Part shown: piece after piece, positions 19,515-28,954 of the stretch
How positions within the stretch are numbered: the stretch's first letter is position 1
Layout of the letters: each line of letters opens with the position of its first letter
From: Pseudobdellovibrio sp.
GTDB lineage: Bacteria; Bdellovibrionota; Bdellovibrionia; Bdellovibrionales; Bdellovibrionaceae
DNA length: 64,000 nucleotides
Reading direction: 5' to 3'
Assembly: GCA_046293015.1 (NCBI GenBank)
Contig: JBKBPU010000005.1
Span: 5,372-69,371 of the forward strand
Position numbers and translations under genes: made by a program
Notes under the pieces: model-generated
Database searches by the model: none
What the model was told of the DNA's origin: nothing
Seen by the model: only the letters and a program-made list of their open reading frames with translations

Positions 19515-19901
19515 ATGGCAAAGCAAATTATACATACAGATCATGCGCCAAAAGCAGTAGGTCCTTATTCACAAGCCGTGATGTTGGGGGATTTTTTATT
19601 TTGTTCTGGGCAAATTGCAATAGATCCTCGTAATCAAGAGGTTTTTACTGGAGATATAAAAATACAAACAGAGATGGTGTTAAGTAATATAGAGGCTGTT
19701 TTGAAACAATCGGGTTTGAGCTTTTCGCATATCGTAAAGACAACAATTTTTTTAACGAACATGTCTGATTTTGCGACCGTAAATGAAATTTATGCTCAAA
19801 AATTTACAAATCAACCTCCTGCGCGTTCCACTGTAGCCGTTTCTGGTTTGCCAAAAGGGGTCAATGTTGAAATTGAAGTTTTGGCCCATAAGTTGGCTTA
19901 A
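19515..19901 (+). CDS. ridA: RidA/YjgF/YER057c/UK114 family protein
   Basis: APKAVGPYSQA, SGQI, VKTTIFL and PARSTVAVSGLPKG.NVEIE motifs, with the catalytic Arg present. Confidence 0.95.
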   Translation: MAKQIIHTDHAPKAVGPYSQAVMLGDFLFCSGQIAIDPRNQEVFTGDIKIQTEMVLSNIEAVLKQSGLSFSHIVKTTIFLTNMSDFATVNEIYAQKFTNQPPARSTVAVSGLPKGVNVEIEVLAHKLA

Positions 19902-20451
19902 GTTATTAAGTTTATTTTTCATCGCTACTGGTCTCTTGATTGTCTTGACGTTTATTGATCGAGTTAGCCAAGAGCCGGTCAATCTTTGGACAAAAAATGA
20001 TTTTCCTCACTTAGACTGTGGGGTTGTCTTGACGGGGGCTCCTGGACGAATTCGCGAAGGTTTTGAGCTGCTTCAGCAAAAGAAAATCAAAAAATTGATC
20101 ATTTCGGGCGTCTACAAAGAAGCTACGTTTCAAGAGATATTTCCGTATTGGCCATATTATGATCAAGTGTCAAGTGATGATGTTATACTTGAAAAAAGAT
20201 CACAAACAACTTTGGGAAATGCGCACCAAACATTAGCTTTAATTGAAACTTTAAAATGCCAAGATATATATTTAATTACTTCACAGCTACATATGTCACG
20301 TGCATACAGCATCTTTAAAGAAGTTTATCCTCCATTTATTTATATTGAAAAATTAACTCTACCAAATTCGAAAACAGAACAGACAACCTTTGGTCTGAGT
20401 TTAGAAGTCATAAAATCAATTTTTTACACTGTCTTTAGTCTTGCAAGTTAA
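19864..20451 (+). CDS. YdcF/DUF218 family protein
   Basis: N-terminal TM, VVLTG..GRI, LIISG, SQTTLGNA and LITSQLHMSRA motifs. Confidence 0.85.
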   Translation: MLKLKFWPISWLKLLSLFFIATGLLIVLTFIDRVSQEPVNLWTKNDFPHLDCGVVLTGAPGRIREGFELLQQKKIKKLIISGVYKEATFQEIFPYWPYYDQVSSDDVILEKRSQTTLGNAHQTLALIETLKCQDIYLITSQLHMSRAYSIFKEVYPPFIYIEKLTLPNSKTEQTTFGLSLEVIKSIFYTVFSLAS

Positions 20452-20501
20452 TTTCCTAATTTGGACTTTATAAATTCATTAATACGTCCGAAATAAGACA
20501 T

Positions 20502-21203
20502 ATGGAATATTCATCATTTGATTTAAATCATATCCACCTTGAAGGTGTTACGTTAGCTCAAAACAATTTGGATGCTCAAATTCAACCAATCTTAGCTCAG
20601 GTTGATTTTGTTTTGCCAATGGACCAAACGGTGGTTATTGAGTCTTCTAATCCAATGCATTCTTTGCAGTTTATTCAAATGCTTGCAGGATATAAAACAT
20701 GCTCACAAGGCAAAATTTTGTGGAATAGTCAGGATGTTTTTTCGGACACTCATGAAGTAGATCCTCGCGATATTATGGGCGTATATTTTGAAGGCCACTT
20801 TCCCGTTTCGGATATGACGATTAAAGATGTTCTTAAGACTTTTTTATCAAATGATAAGTTTAAAATCGTATGTGAAATGTTTGAACTTAATGCTTATTTA
20901 AGTAATCAAATTTCAAAAGCAAATTATTCAATGAGAAAACTTGTGACACTCATTCAGGTTGTTTCCAAGCAGCCACAACTTTTGATACTAGAAGATCCTG
21001 CTACTGGATTGTCAGAGACTCAGTGGCTGAACTTGCTTGATTATATACAATTGCATCAGCGAAAAGGGTATTTGCGTCATATTTTTATGACCAATCATCA
21101 TAGCACAGCTTTAAATCACTTAGAACATAATAAGCTGTTTGTTGAAGATGGGCTAATATATTTTGATGAGACCGTTCCAGTTAAAAAAGTTGCGCATTTT
21201 TAA
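20502..21203 (+). CDS. ABC-ATPase-fold protein with degenerate Walker A and signature motifs
   Basis: ABC layout (…SQGKILWN, LLILEDPATGLS, IFMTNHH) but no GxxGxGK or LSGGQ. Confidence 0.7.
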   Translation: MEYSSFDLNHIHLEGVTLAQNNLDAQIQPILAQVDFVLPMDQTVVIESSNPMHSLQFIQMLAGYKTCSQGKILWNSQDVFSDTHEVDPRDIMGVYFEGHFPVSDMTIKDVLKTFLSNDKFKIVCEMFELNAYLSNQISKANYSMRKLVTLIQVVSKQPQLLILEDPATGLSETQWLNLLDYIQLHQRKGYLRHIFMTNHHSTALNHLEHNKLFVEDGLIYFDETVPVKKVAHF

Positions 21204-21248
21204 TAAAAACGTATTCATTTTTCTGAAAAATGAATTAGTATAGAGTTA

Positions 21249-22517
21249 ATGCTGCAAAATTCACTGAGCTATTTTTTTCTCTCGCGACTTATTATTTCTA
21301 AACGATCATCATCGCTTATTCGCAGAATTACAGTCCTTTCATTTGCGGCTATTACGATAAGTGTGGCCCTGTTTTTTATCGTTTTATTTGTCATGAATGG
21401 TATGAATTACAACATTAGATCAAGGATTTTGGCACTTGATCCACACTTGTCAGTTTATCTGACGAAAGAGCAAGTTCGAGAGCAAAATATTTCTAAAAAA
21501 CCTTTAATTGTATCTAATTCAAAATTTGAGGCCCTCGAGACGGATCAGTATGATCTCATTTTAAGAACAATTGATGGTCAATTTCGTGGTGCCAGTGTTA
21601 TCGGCTATAAATCAGATGGGTTAGATTTTTGGCTTCAACAATTAAGTGAACTTAAGAAGAAAAGTCATGCGCAAAATCAAACTGTATTTATTGATTATGA
21701 CGATCTTGATCAGCTTAACCTAGGCGCGCAAGAAATTGCAATTGGCGTGGATTTAGCTCGGTCATTGGGGATTTTGGAAGGTGATGTTGTAACATTGATT
21801 CCTGCAGAGAGTTTGCTTTTAAGTTCCATTGAAACTCCTCAGTTTGAAAAAGTTACGGTTCGAAAAATTTTAACAACAGATTTACATGATTTAGACTCTA
21901 AGCTAGTCTTTTTTAATAAAGATCTTTCAATGAAGTCTTTTTTATCAAGTGTTACTCGAACATCGGGATATCATTTGTGGTTAAAAGATATTTCAAAAAT
22001 GAATTCAATACAGAAAGAATTGCAAAAGAGTGGTTTCGTTCAGACAGAAACATGGGAACAGAAGAATTCAGATTTGTTTTTTGCTTTGTTTCTTGAAAAG
22101 ACAATGATAGGTATATTTCTTGGTTTAGCAGGATTAATCGCATCATCATCGATCTTGACTGTTTTAGCTTTGATTTTATCTCAAAAAAAATCTGATATTG
22201 CTATTATCAAAACCCTTGGTTTTTCAAATGAAAAAACATTAAAACTATTTATGACTATGGGATTATGGATATCTATGTCTGGACTTTTTTTAGGGACAAT
22301 TATTGGTGTTTCACTCAGTTATTATATTCAAAACAATCCACTAAATGTATTGCCTCCGCAACTGTATTATGATGCTTCGATACCTGCTCTTGTCAGTCCA
22401 TGGTTAGTTTTTTATGTGATTGTCATTGTCAGCGTGTTAGCTATTATTGGCTGTTATATTCCAGCAAGAGCCTCACTGAAAATAGAGCCTGCTATATTGT
22501 TAAAGTCTAAACACTAA
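21249..22517 (+). CDS. LolC/E / FtsX-like ABC permease
   Basis: LFVMNGM…ILALDPHL, IGVDLARSLG, LEKTMI, KKSDIAIIKTLG and PARASLKIEPAILL motifs. Confidence 0.88.
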   Translation: MLQNSLSYFFLSRLIISKRSSSLIRRITVLSFAAITISVALFFIVLFVMNGMNYNIRSRILALDPHLSVYLTKEQVREQNISKKPLIVSNSKFEALETDQYDLILRTIDGQFRGASVIGYKSDGLDFWLQQLSELKKKSHAQNQTVFIDYDDLDQLNLGAQEIAIGVDLARSLGILEGDVVTLIPAESLLLSSIETPQFEKVTVRKILTTDLHDLDSKLVFFNKDLSMKSFLSSVTRTSGYHLWLKDISKMNSIQKELQKSGFVQTETWEQKNSDLFFALFLEKTMIGIFLGLAGLIASSSILTVLALILSQKKSDIAIIKTLGFSNEKTLKLFMTMGLWISMSGLFLGTIIGVSLSYYIQNNPLNVLPPQLYYDASIPALVSPWLVFYVIVIVSVLAIIGCYIPARASLKIEPAILLKSKH

Positions 22518-23340
22518 CCCCAAAATCCCGTAGGGCGTCATTCAGTGATGTTTTTTTATTGGTTGATTCAGTTCTTTTGCCAATAATTAGAGCTGTAGGT
22601 ACGCCGTATTGTCCAGCAGGGTAAGACTTCATTTCAACGCCCGGGATGACAACAGAGTTTGCCGGTACTCGCCCTTTGTAAATCACAGGCTCTTTTTGAG
22701 TGACATCTATAATTTTTGTTGATGCTGTAATCGTGACACCAGCACCTAAGACGACGCCAGATTCTAGATGTGCACCCTCAACAACAATACATCGGCTTCC
22801 GACGAAGCAATCGTCTTCAATAATCACAGGCTGGGCTTGCGCTGGCTCGAGAACGCCACCAATGCCAACACCACCAGAGAGGTGGACATTTTTACCGATT
22901 TGCGCACATGACCCAACGGTAGCCCAAGTATCGACCATTGTTCCACTTCCCACATAGGCCCCAATGTTTATATAACTAGGCATTAATATCGCACCAGACT
23001 CAATGAACGAACCTTTGCGTGCAATTGCCTGAGGAACAACCCGTACGCCATGGCTTGCATCAAATTTTTTCACAGGTATTTTATCATAATAAGATAAGTC
23101 GCCAGACGTAATAATTTGATTTGTAGTGATTCTAAAATACAATAATATTGCTTTTTTGACCCACTCGTTTGTAATCCATTGCTGATTAATTTTTTCAGCT
23201 ACACGTATTTGTCCTTGATCAAGCTTATCAATTGCGATGGAAATGACATCTTTATCTGTTAATGATAAAGAGTAGCCAGCAATCTCCGTTGTGGATTTAT
23301 AGATTTCGAGTATTTGGTTTTTAAGTTCAAGTATAGACAT
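22507..23340 (-). CDS. dapD: 2,3,4,5-tetrahydropyridine-2,6-dicarboxylate N-succinyltransferase
   Basis: WVKKAILLYF, YDKIP, MPSYINIGAYV and DTWATVGSCAQIGKNVHLSGGVGIGGVLEP motifs. Confidence 0.95.
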   Translation of the reverse strand: MSILELKNQILEIYKSTTEIAGYSLSLTDKDVISIAIDKLDQGQIRVAEKINQQWITNEWVKKAILLYFRITTNQIITSGDLSYYDKIPVKKFDASHGVRVVPQAIARKGSFIESGAILMPSYINIGAYVGSGTMVDTWATVGSCAQIGKNVHLSGGVGIGGVLEPAQAQPVIIEDDCFVGSRCIVVEGAHLESGVVLGAGVTITASTKIIDVTQKEPVIYKGRVPANSVVIPGVEMKSYPAGQYGVPTALIIGKRTESTNKKTSLNDALRDFGVSV

Positions 23341-23348
23341 AAATTTCC

Positions 23349-24041
23349 TTATAATTTTCTGACACGTTTTTCTGATTCTTTTAATCCGGCAATTATTGCT
23401 GGTACATGAATATCAACTATGGGCTTGAATGATAGACCGCGCTCAATTTCATAAGTTAGTGTTGGTATGCCACGTTCTGTGCCTGCGTACGTTCCAAGAG
23501 ATCCAGGAGTGGGGTAGCCTATATCAGGATCTATGATGTATCCGGTTAATTGAGAAATTATTTTAGCCTCAGGTAAATCGCCATTGATATTCAACATCGG
23601 TTTCCATGAATGAAGAGAAAAAATAACATCAGGTTCGAAACGATCAATCAATTTAACAAGATATTGGTTTTCAGGTTCGCTCATGGCATCTGGGCCGGGA
23701 TTGTATCTTTCGGTAGCCGCTATTGGTGACCAATCTTTTGTGGGAAGGTTGCGGTTAAGATCGACTTTGTTTGAATTTCCTCTTGTTTTGAGCAAAACTC
23801 CTTCAGGGTTAAATTCAGGTACGATTTTAAGACTTAAATTGAGATTGTAATCTGTTCGAAAGTGTTCAACTAAACATCGCGCCGCAACAACACCTTCAAC
23901 TTCGTCTCCATGCACACCACCTAGAATTAAGACTCTAACTAGGTTATGATCGGTTTGCATTTCCGGAAGAAAGTGAAATGTGTGTATGGGGAGCCCAAGA
24001 GAAGTTGTTCCTAAATTAATGATTTTCATTTGGATAAGCAT
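23349..24041 (-). CDS. mpaA: M14 zinc carboxypeptidase, murein peptide amidase A-like
   Basis: GGVHGDE, NPEG, RGN..VDLNRN, SEPE, SLHSW and GYPTPGSLG…LTYE motifs. The start may be 24029. Confidence 0.8.
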   Translation of the reverse strand: MLIQMKIINLGTTSLGLPIHTFHFLPEMQTDHNLVRVLILGGVHGDEVEGVVAARCLVEHFRTDYNLNLSLKIVPEFNPEGVLLKTRGNSNKVDLNRNLPTKDWSPIAATERYNPGPDAMSEPENQYLVKLIDRFEPDVIFSLHSWKPMLNINGDLPEAKIISQLTGYIIDPDIGYPTPGSLGTYAGTERGIPTLTYEIERGLSFKPIVDIHVPAIIAGLKESEKRVRKL

Positions 24042-24058
24042 GAGCTAATATTTTACCG

Positions 24059-25258
24059 ATGTCATCAAATGAAATGTCACGTAATTTATTTTCTTATCGT
24101 CATGATCAACTTGAGTTCGCCGGAATTAATTTAAGTAGTTTGCCTGAAGTGCAAGATTATTCCGAACCTTTTTTAATTTATAAAAAAAGTCTTATTACAG
24201 AACGAATAAAATGGGTCAAATCGTGGCGAAAACTTCATCAATTGCATTTTGCGGTTAAAGCTAATTTTCACCCTCTTATCCTGAAACTTTTTGTTGAGCA
24301 CGGGTGTGGTTTGGATGTCGTCAGTGGTGGTGAATTGCGTGCCGGGTTGGAAGTCGGTTTTAAACCCATGGATTTTATTTTTTCAGGTGTTGGTAAAACT
24401 CAACATGAATTAGAATTTGCTATAGATTTAAATATTTATCAAATTAATGTAGAAAGTCCGTCAGAGTTAAGGCGAATAGCGGCTATCAGTCGAGTTAAAA
24501 ATAAGTCAGTTGCCATTGGTTTACGAGTTAATCCACTGATTGAAACGCCAACCCATCCGTATATATCGACAGCACTTAAGGATTCGAAATTTGGGATTGA
24601 TTTAACAGATGTTCCAGAGTGTTTAGATATTATTAAAAATAACCCATTACTTCAGTTTAAATGTTTATCATTTCATATTGGATCACAAATTCTTGAACCG
24701 CAAATTTTTCGAGAAACTGTTGATAAGATGAAGGTTTATTTTTTTGACCTTAAACATGATTTTGCAAGTCTTGATCGTATGGATTTAGGTGGTGGTCTTG
24801 GAATTGATTATAAAGATCACAACGTGGCGCATGATCTTTCAAGATGGATGCATTTAACTGCAGAGTATGATCAAGCGTTATCTAATTTTAATGCAAATAT
24901 TGTATGTGAGCTCGGGCGGTTTATGGTTGCTCGAAGTGGTGTTTTTATTTCGCAAGTGCAGTATATAAAAAATCAAAACATGATTGTTTTGGATTTAGGA
25001 ATGAATAACAACATGCGACCGTCTTTATATCAGGCTCACCATCATTTTTACAACTTGATTAAAAAAAATGACAAACGAAAAATCTACTCACTTGTTGGAC
25101 CGATTTGTGAATCTTCTGATGTATTTCATAAATCGTTCGAACTTTTTGAAACACACGAAAATGATTTACTCGTGATGGCTGATTGTGGAGCCTATGTTCG
25201 TTCAATGGCGAGTGAGTATAATCTCAAAAATATGGCTCACGAAATTTTTATAGATTAG
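24059..25258 (+). CDS. lysA: Diaminopimelate decarboxylase
   Basis: PLP lysine in HFAVKAN, plus DVVSGGE, FSGVGKT, SKFG, FHIGSQ, DLGGG and GPICESSD motifs. Confidence 0.9.
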   Translation: MSSNEMSRNLFSYRHDQLEFAGINLSSLPEVQDYSEPFLIYKKSLITERIKWVKSWRKLHQLHFAVKANFHPLILKLFVEHGCGLDVVSGGELRAGLEVGFKPMDFIFSGVGKTQHELEFAIDLNIYQINVESPSELRRIAAISRVKNKSVAIGLRVNPLIETPTHPYISTALKDSKFGIDLTDVPECLDIIKNNPLLQFKCLSFHIGSQILEPQIFRETVDKMKVYFFDLKHDFASLDRMDLGGGLGIDYKDHNVAHDLSRWMHLTAEYDQALSNFNANIVCELGRFMVARSGVFISQVQYIKNQNMIVLDLGMNNNMRPSLYQAHHHFYNLIKKNDKRKIYSLVGPICESSDVFHKSFELFETHENDLLVMADCGAYVRSMASEYNLKNMAHEIFID

Positions 25259-25281
25259 GTCATCTTGTCGATCAAATAATT

Positions 25282-26928
25282 TTACTGACAGTTATTTGAT
25301 TTCGGATAAATGACCTTATTGCAAGCCGGTTGATTATCAGTGCACATTAATCGCAAATGAAAATGATCACCATGACCATCAACATGGCTTAAAGTGTTAA
25401 ATACTTTTCGGGCTGCTAATGCGTTAGATCCTTCAAATTCTTTGTGGCGCTTAGCATAAGTACAAAGATCGTTTATTATATGCTGATCACTAAAAATACG
25501 TGCTACCGGAACTGTCGTTTGGTTGATTAAAAACTTAAATAATTCATATGTTTTTTGAGTTGAATAAGCTTGTGTATTAAATAATCTTTTGTTCCTGTCG
25601 ACTACAACCGGAAATTTAACACGACCATTCGGTGTTGGGTAACCTAAATCGACGTCCATGCCGATTTGATGACTTACGCTCGGAGGTAAGCGACCTCCGT
25701 ACACTTTTGAAATATTAGCGACGTAGAGTTTATCCTGAGATTGGCTTAGTTTTTTACCTATGAGTTCTATAATGTCCATCATTTCTTGAGTTCCGTAATA
25801 TGTTCCACGCTGCGGAAAACTAACTTCAAATAAGCTTTCAAGTTTCAATGCTTTTTGCTGTTCCATAAGTGAAGAAGCGTTGCGAAGCTTACCATCGTCA
25901 TAGTCACCGAAGGCTTGATTCTTTTTAATCATGCGACCAGTTTGATCGATGCTAAAATTATTATTGAATTCATTGGCGCTTTGATGTTCATCCTCATATG
26001 GTTCATTCGTTTCAGAGTTGTCATGATCGTTATCGTCATCAGAATCAGAATTTGGAGTTTGACTATTTTTTCTTTTCTTTTTGAGCGTATCGCTTATAAC
26101 ATCAAACAATTGATCTAACTTTGCCGTAGCTGCAGTTCCGACATATCGTCCCTTGATTTCATGGGCTTTTCCTTCAACTTGTAAGCCATTTTCATCATAC
26201 TTTAATTCAGTGCTTGTATCTTTCTTTGCTGAATGATTTGTTGAATTTTCATCTTTGCGAGTTGTATCGCTCGCGCTATTTTCTATATTTAAAAATGTAA
26301 TTTGTTTTTGATGGTTATTCTTAAGATTGAGAGTTTCAAGTTGTTCTGTATATATTTTATTATTATGTTTAATAAACATATCAATAATTGACTTGCGACA
26401 ATCAAATTCATCATCGCGATTAAAATCAAGACAAGTGACTTTAGCACGTACTTGAATATCAGAATCACGTTGATTTTGATCTGCTGGACGCAGTGGAAAT
26501 ACACCTTTGTATGGGCTATGTGACCCCAAAAGCTTAAATTCGGTTGAGGCAAGCGTTGTCTTTAAATTATCTGACAAAACTTCAGCGTATCCTGAAATCT
26601 GCATTTTTCTGGTTTGAGGGTTGTAACTAAATTTAGATTTACTGAGTTTGACCTGGCCAATAATCACTTCGGTGTTTGATTGTTTATTTTTAATCTTTTT
26701 CTCTGGCGACTCATAACGTGCAGCTGTCTGCTCTGATAATTTTTCGTACATTTCAGTTGGTGCAGATAAGTCTTGTTCAATGATTTCTTCTTGCTCAACT
26801 TTGTCATTTTGAGGATTTTTATTTAAAAGTGAATTATATTTTTTAGGTGCACAGGCAGTCAGTATAATAACAGTTAAAGTTGATAATATAATTAATATGG
26901 TTCTCTTATTAGAGTAAACGTTCTTCAT
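25282..26928 (-). CDS. mepA: Lipoprotein with a C-terminal penicillin-insensitive murein endopeptidase (MepA-like) domain
   Basis: Lipobox LTAC; SHQIGMDVD (HxxxxxxD) and HGDHFHLRLMC zinc motifs; acidic/low-complexity linker. Confidence 0.8.
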   Translation of the reverse strand: MKNVYSNKRTILIILSTLTVIILTACAPKKYNSLLNKNPQNDKVEQEEIIEQDLSAPTEMYEKLSEQTAARYESPEKKIKNKQSNTEVIIGQVKLSKSKFSYNPQTRKMQISGYAEVLSDNLKTTLASTEFKLLGSHSPYKGVFPLRPADQNQRDSDIQVRAKVTCLDFNRDDEFDCRKSIIDMFIKHNNKIYTEQLETLNLKNNHQKQITFLNIENSASDTTRKDENSTNHSAKKDTSTELKYDENGLQVEGKAHEIKGRYVGTAATAKLDQLFDVISDTLKKKRKNSQTPNSDSDDDNDHDNSETNEPYEDEHQSANEFNNNFSIDQTGRMIKKNQAFGDYDDGKLRNASSLMEQQKALKLESLFEVSFPQRGTYYGTQEMMDIIELIGKKLSQSQDKLYVANISKVYGGRLPPSVSHQIGMDVDLGYPTPNGRVKFPVVVDRNKRLFNTQAYSTQKTYELFKFLINQTTVPVARIFSDQHIINDLCTYAKRHKEFEGSNALAARKVFNTLSHVDGHGDHFHLRLMCTDNQPACNKVIYPKSNNCQ

Positions 26929-26939
26929 ATCATATTGAT

Positions 26940-26957
26940 AAGCACTTTCAGGGCCAG
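26940..26957 (-). promoter_or_regulatory. Putative sigma54-type (-24/-12) promoter of the mepA-like gene
   Basis: The minus strand reads CTGGCCCTGAAAGTGCTT (GG-N10-GC), ending ~12 nt upstream of the ATG. Confidence 0.4.
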
Positions 26958-27039
26958 CAGCTTAGTTCTGGCTTAACCGTGAACTCAAATTAAATTGATT
27001 AAGGAGTGCTATTTCTTGTCAGAGGTGACAAAATTTTTG

Positions 27040-27891
27040 TCATATGACGGAAACTGTCTCAAATACAATCGAGTCTTTTGTGTATTGGTCTAATAGATTT
27101 AATGCTAGGTTTTCAAATTGAGCTCCAGAATCCGTTAGACAAATCAAAAGTTTTTTTGATGATTCTTCGATATTCGGATTAGGGTTAAGTCTTTGAACTG
27201 ATATGTCATGTGCAAGTTCTTGGGCTATAGCTTCGCCAGAATCAATCAGTTTAACATGTTGGCCAAATACCTTTTGAATTGCTATTTTTAAAAGCGGGTA
27301 GTGTGTGCAGCCCATAACTACAGTATCGACATCTTTTTGCTTCAATTCTTGTAAATATCGAAATGCGATTAAATTTGTAATCGGATCATCGTGCCATCCT
27401 TCTTCCGCCAGGGGAACAAAAAGAGGGCAAGCCACACTAAAAACTTCAGTATCCGGATTATGTGATTTAATTTTGCGAGCATACGAGTTTGATTTAATAG
27501 TTGCTCGGGTGGCGATTACAGCTACTTTATGATTTTCAGTTGCTAAACTTGCTAATCGAGATCCCGGGTCTATAACATTGTAAACGGGCAGGCCTTCATA
27601 GCTGTTTTCGAATATTTGCGTTGAAGCTGTATTACATGCAGCAACTATAGCTTTAACATTTCGTTGTCTCAGAAAATTCATATTTTGTTCAGAGTAACGA
27701 CGTACAGTTTCTGATGATTTACTTCCGTATGGTAAGCGAGCAGTATCTCCAAGATAGATAAACTCTTCATTTGGAAATCGTTTTAAAAGTTCGCGAAGAA
27801 CGGTGATCCCGCCAATTCCCGAGTCGAAAACCCCAATAGGTCTTGCATCGAAATTATTTTTGTTCGTCGACCCGGACCCAGATGTGTTCAT
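27040..27891 (-). CDS. murI: Glutamate racemase
   Basis: IGVFDSGIGG, YLGDTARLPYG, ACNTAS and MGCTHYP motifs. Confidence 0.96.
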   Translation of the reverse strand: MNTSGSGSTNKNNFDARPIGVFDSGIGGITVLRELLKRFPNEEFIYLGDTARLPYGSKSSETVRRYSEQNMNFLRQRNVKAIVAACNTASTQIFENSYEGLPVYNVIDPGSRLASLATENHKVAVIATRATIKSNSYARKIKSHNPDTEVFSVACPLFVPLAEEGWHDDPITNLIAFRYLQELKQKDVDTVVMGCTHYPLLKIAIQKVFGQHVKLIDSGEAIAQELAHDISVQRLNPNPNIEESSKKLLICLTDSGAQFENLALNLLDQYTKDSIVFETVSVI

Positions 27892-28940
27892 TAATTTTTA
27901 ACTCCATGCGCGCGTGATTCAGAGATACCATTTGCGGACATTTCCATAAATAATGCTTTTTCTTTCATTTCTTCAATCGTTGTTGCATTGATATATGTCA
28001 TGCCACTTCGAATCCCCCCACAGAGCTCGTGTAATACATCTTCAACATGACCTTTAACTGTAACATAAGTCGACTCTCCTTCCGGAGCCATTCCTTGAGG
28101 CATATCACCTCTCCATGAAACTTGAGCTTTCTTTGATGCCATACCACGATATTGTTTTTTACCATTGACGATTTCACCTGGTGTTTCAATGGTTCCAGAG
28201 AGCATTGATCCTAACATGATTGTGCTTGCTCCAGCCGCAAAAGCCTTGACCATATCACCACTTGTTCGGATACCACCATCGGCTATCACGGGAACTCCGT
28301 ATGGAGCTGCAGCCTCTGCACAAAGTGCTATAGCTGTTAATTGTGGAACTCCACATCCCGTAATTATTCGCGTTGTACACATTGAACCAGGACCAATACC
28401 AACTTTAATAGCATCAGCACCGGCTTCGATAAGATCAACAGCCGCATCAGGCGTTGCAAGGTTTCCAGCAATGACTTCAACGTGTGGATAGGTATCTTTA
28501 AGCCATTTTAAAGTATCCATCATTTGAATTGAATGTCCATGAGCAATATCAATTGTCATAAGGTTAACGCCAGCGTTAACAAGTGCCTGCGCGCGTTCTT
28601 TAAAATCAGCGTTAACGCCAATCGATGCCGAGATTACTGTAGCACCGCAGTTTTTAACTTGTTCAATTTCAGAAACTTGTTGTTCAATATTCATAAAGCG
28701 ATGAAGTATGCCCATGCCACCAAATTTATGCATGGCTATAGCCATTTTAGCTTCCGTGACAGTGTCCATGTTGGCCGAAATTATTGGAGTTTCTAAAAAT
28801 TTTGTTTTAGTTAACTTGGATTTTAATGAAGGATCTTTACGAGATCGAACCTCTGACTTGCGTGGCATAATCAGTACGTCGTCAAAAGTTAATCCGTGGT
28901 CTCTATTTTTGATATCTTTCCAGTTGAACATTAATGCCAT
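27891..28940 (-). CDS. IMPDH/GMP reductase family enzyme lacking CBS domains (GMP reductase favoured)
   Basis: [43 protein letters not shown] and YRGMAS…PEG motifs. Confidence 0.9.
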   Translation of the reverse strand: MALMFNWKDIKNRDHGLTFDDVLIMPRKSEVRSRKDPSLKSKLTKTKFLETPIISANMDTVTEAKMAIAMHKFGGMGILHRFMNIEQQVSEIEQVKNCGATVISASIGVNADFKERAQALVNAGVNLMTIDIAHGHSIQMMDTLKWLKDTYPHVEVIAGNLATPDAAVDLIEAGADAIKVGIGPGSMCTTRIITGCGVPQLTAIALCAEAAAPYGVPVIADGGIRTSGDMVKAFAAGASTIMLGSMLSGTIETPGEIVNGKKQYRGMASKKAQVSWRGDMPQGMAPEGESTYVTVKGHVEDVLHELCGGIRSGMTYINATTIEEMKEKALFMEMSANGISESRAHGVKN

Positions 28941-28954
28941 TTTTTTTCTCCAGT

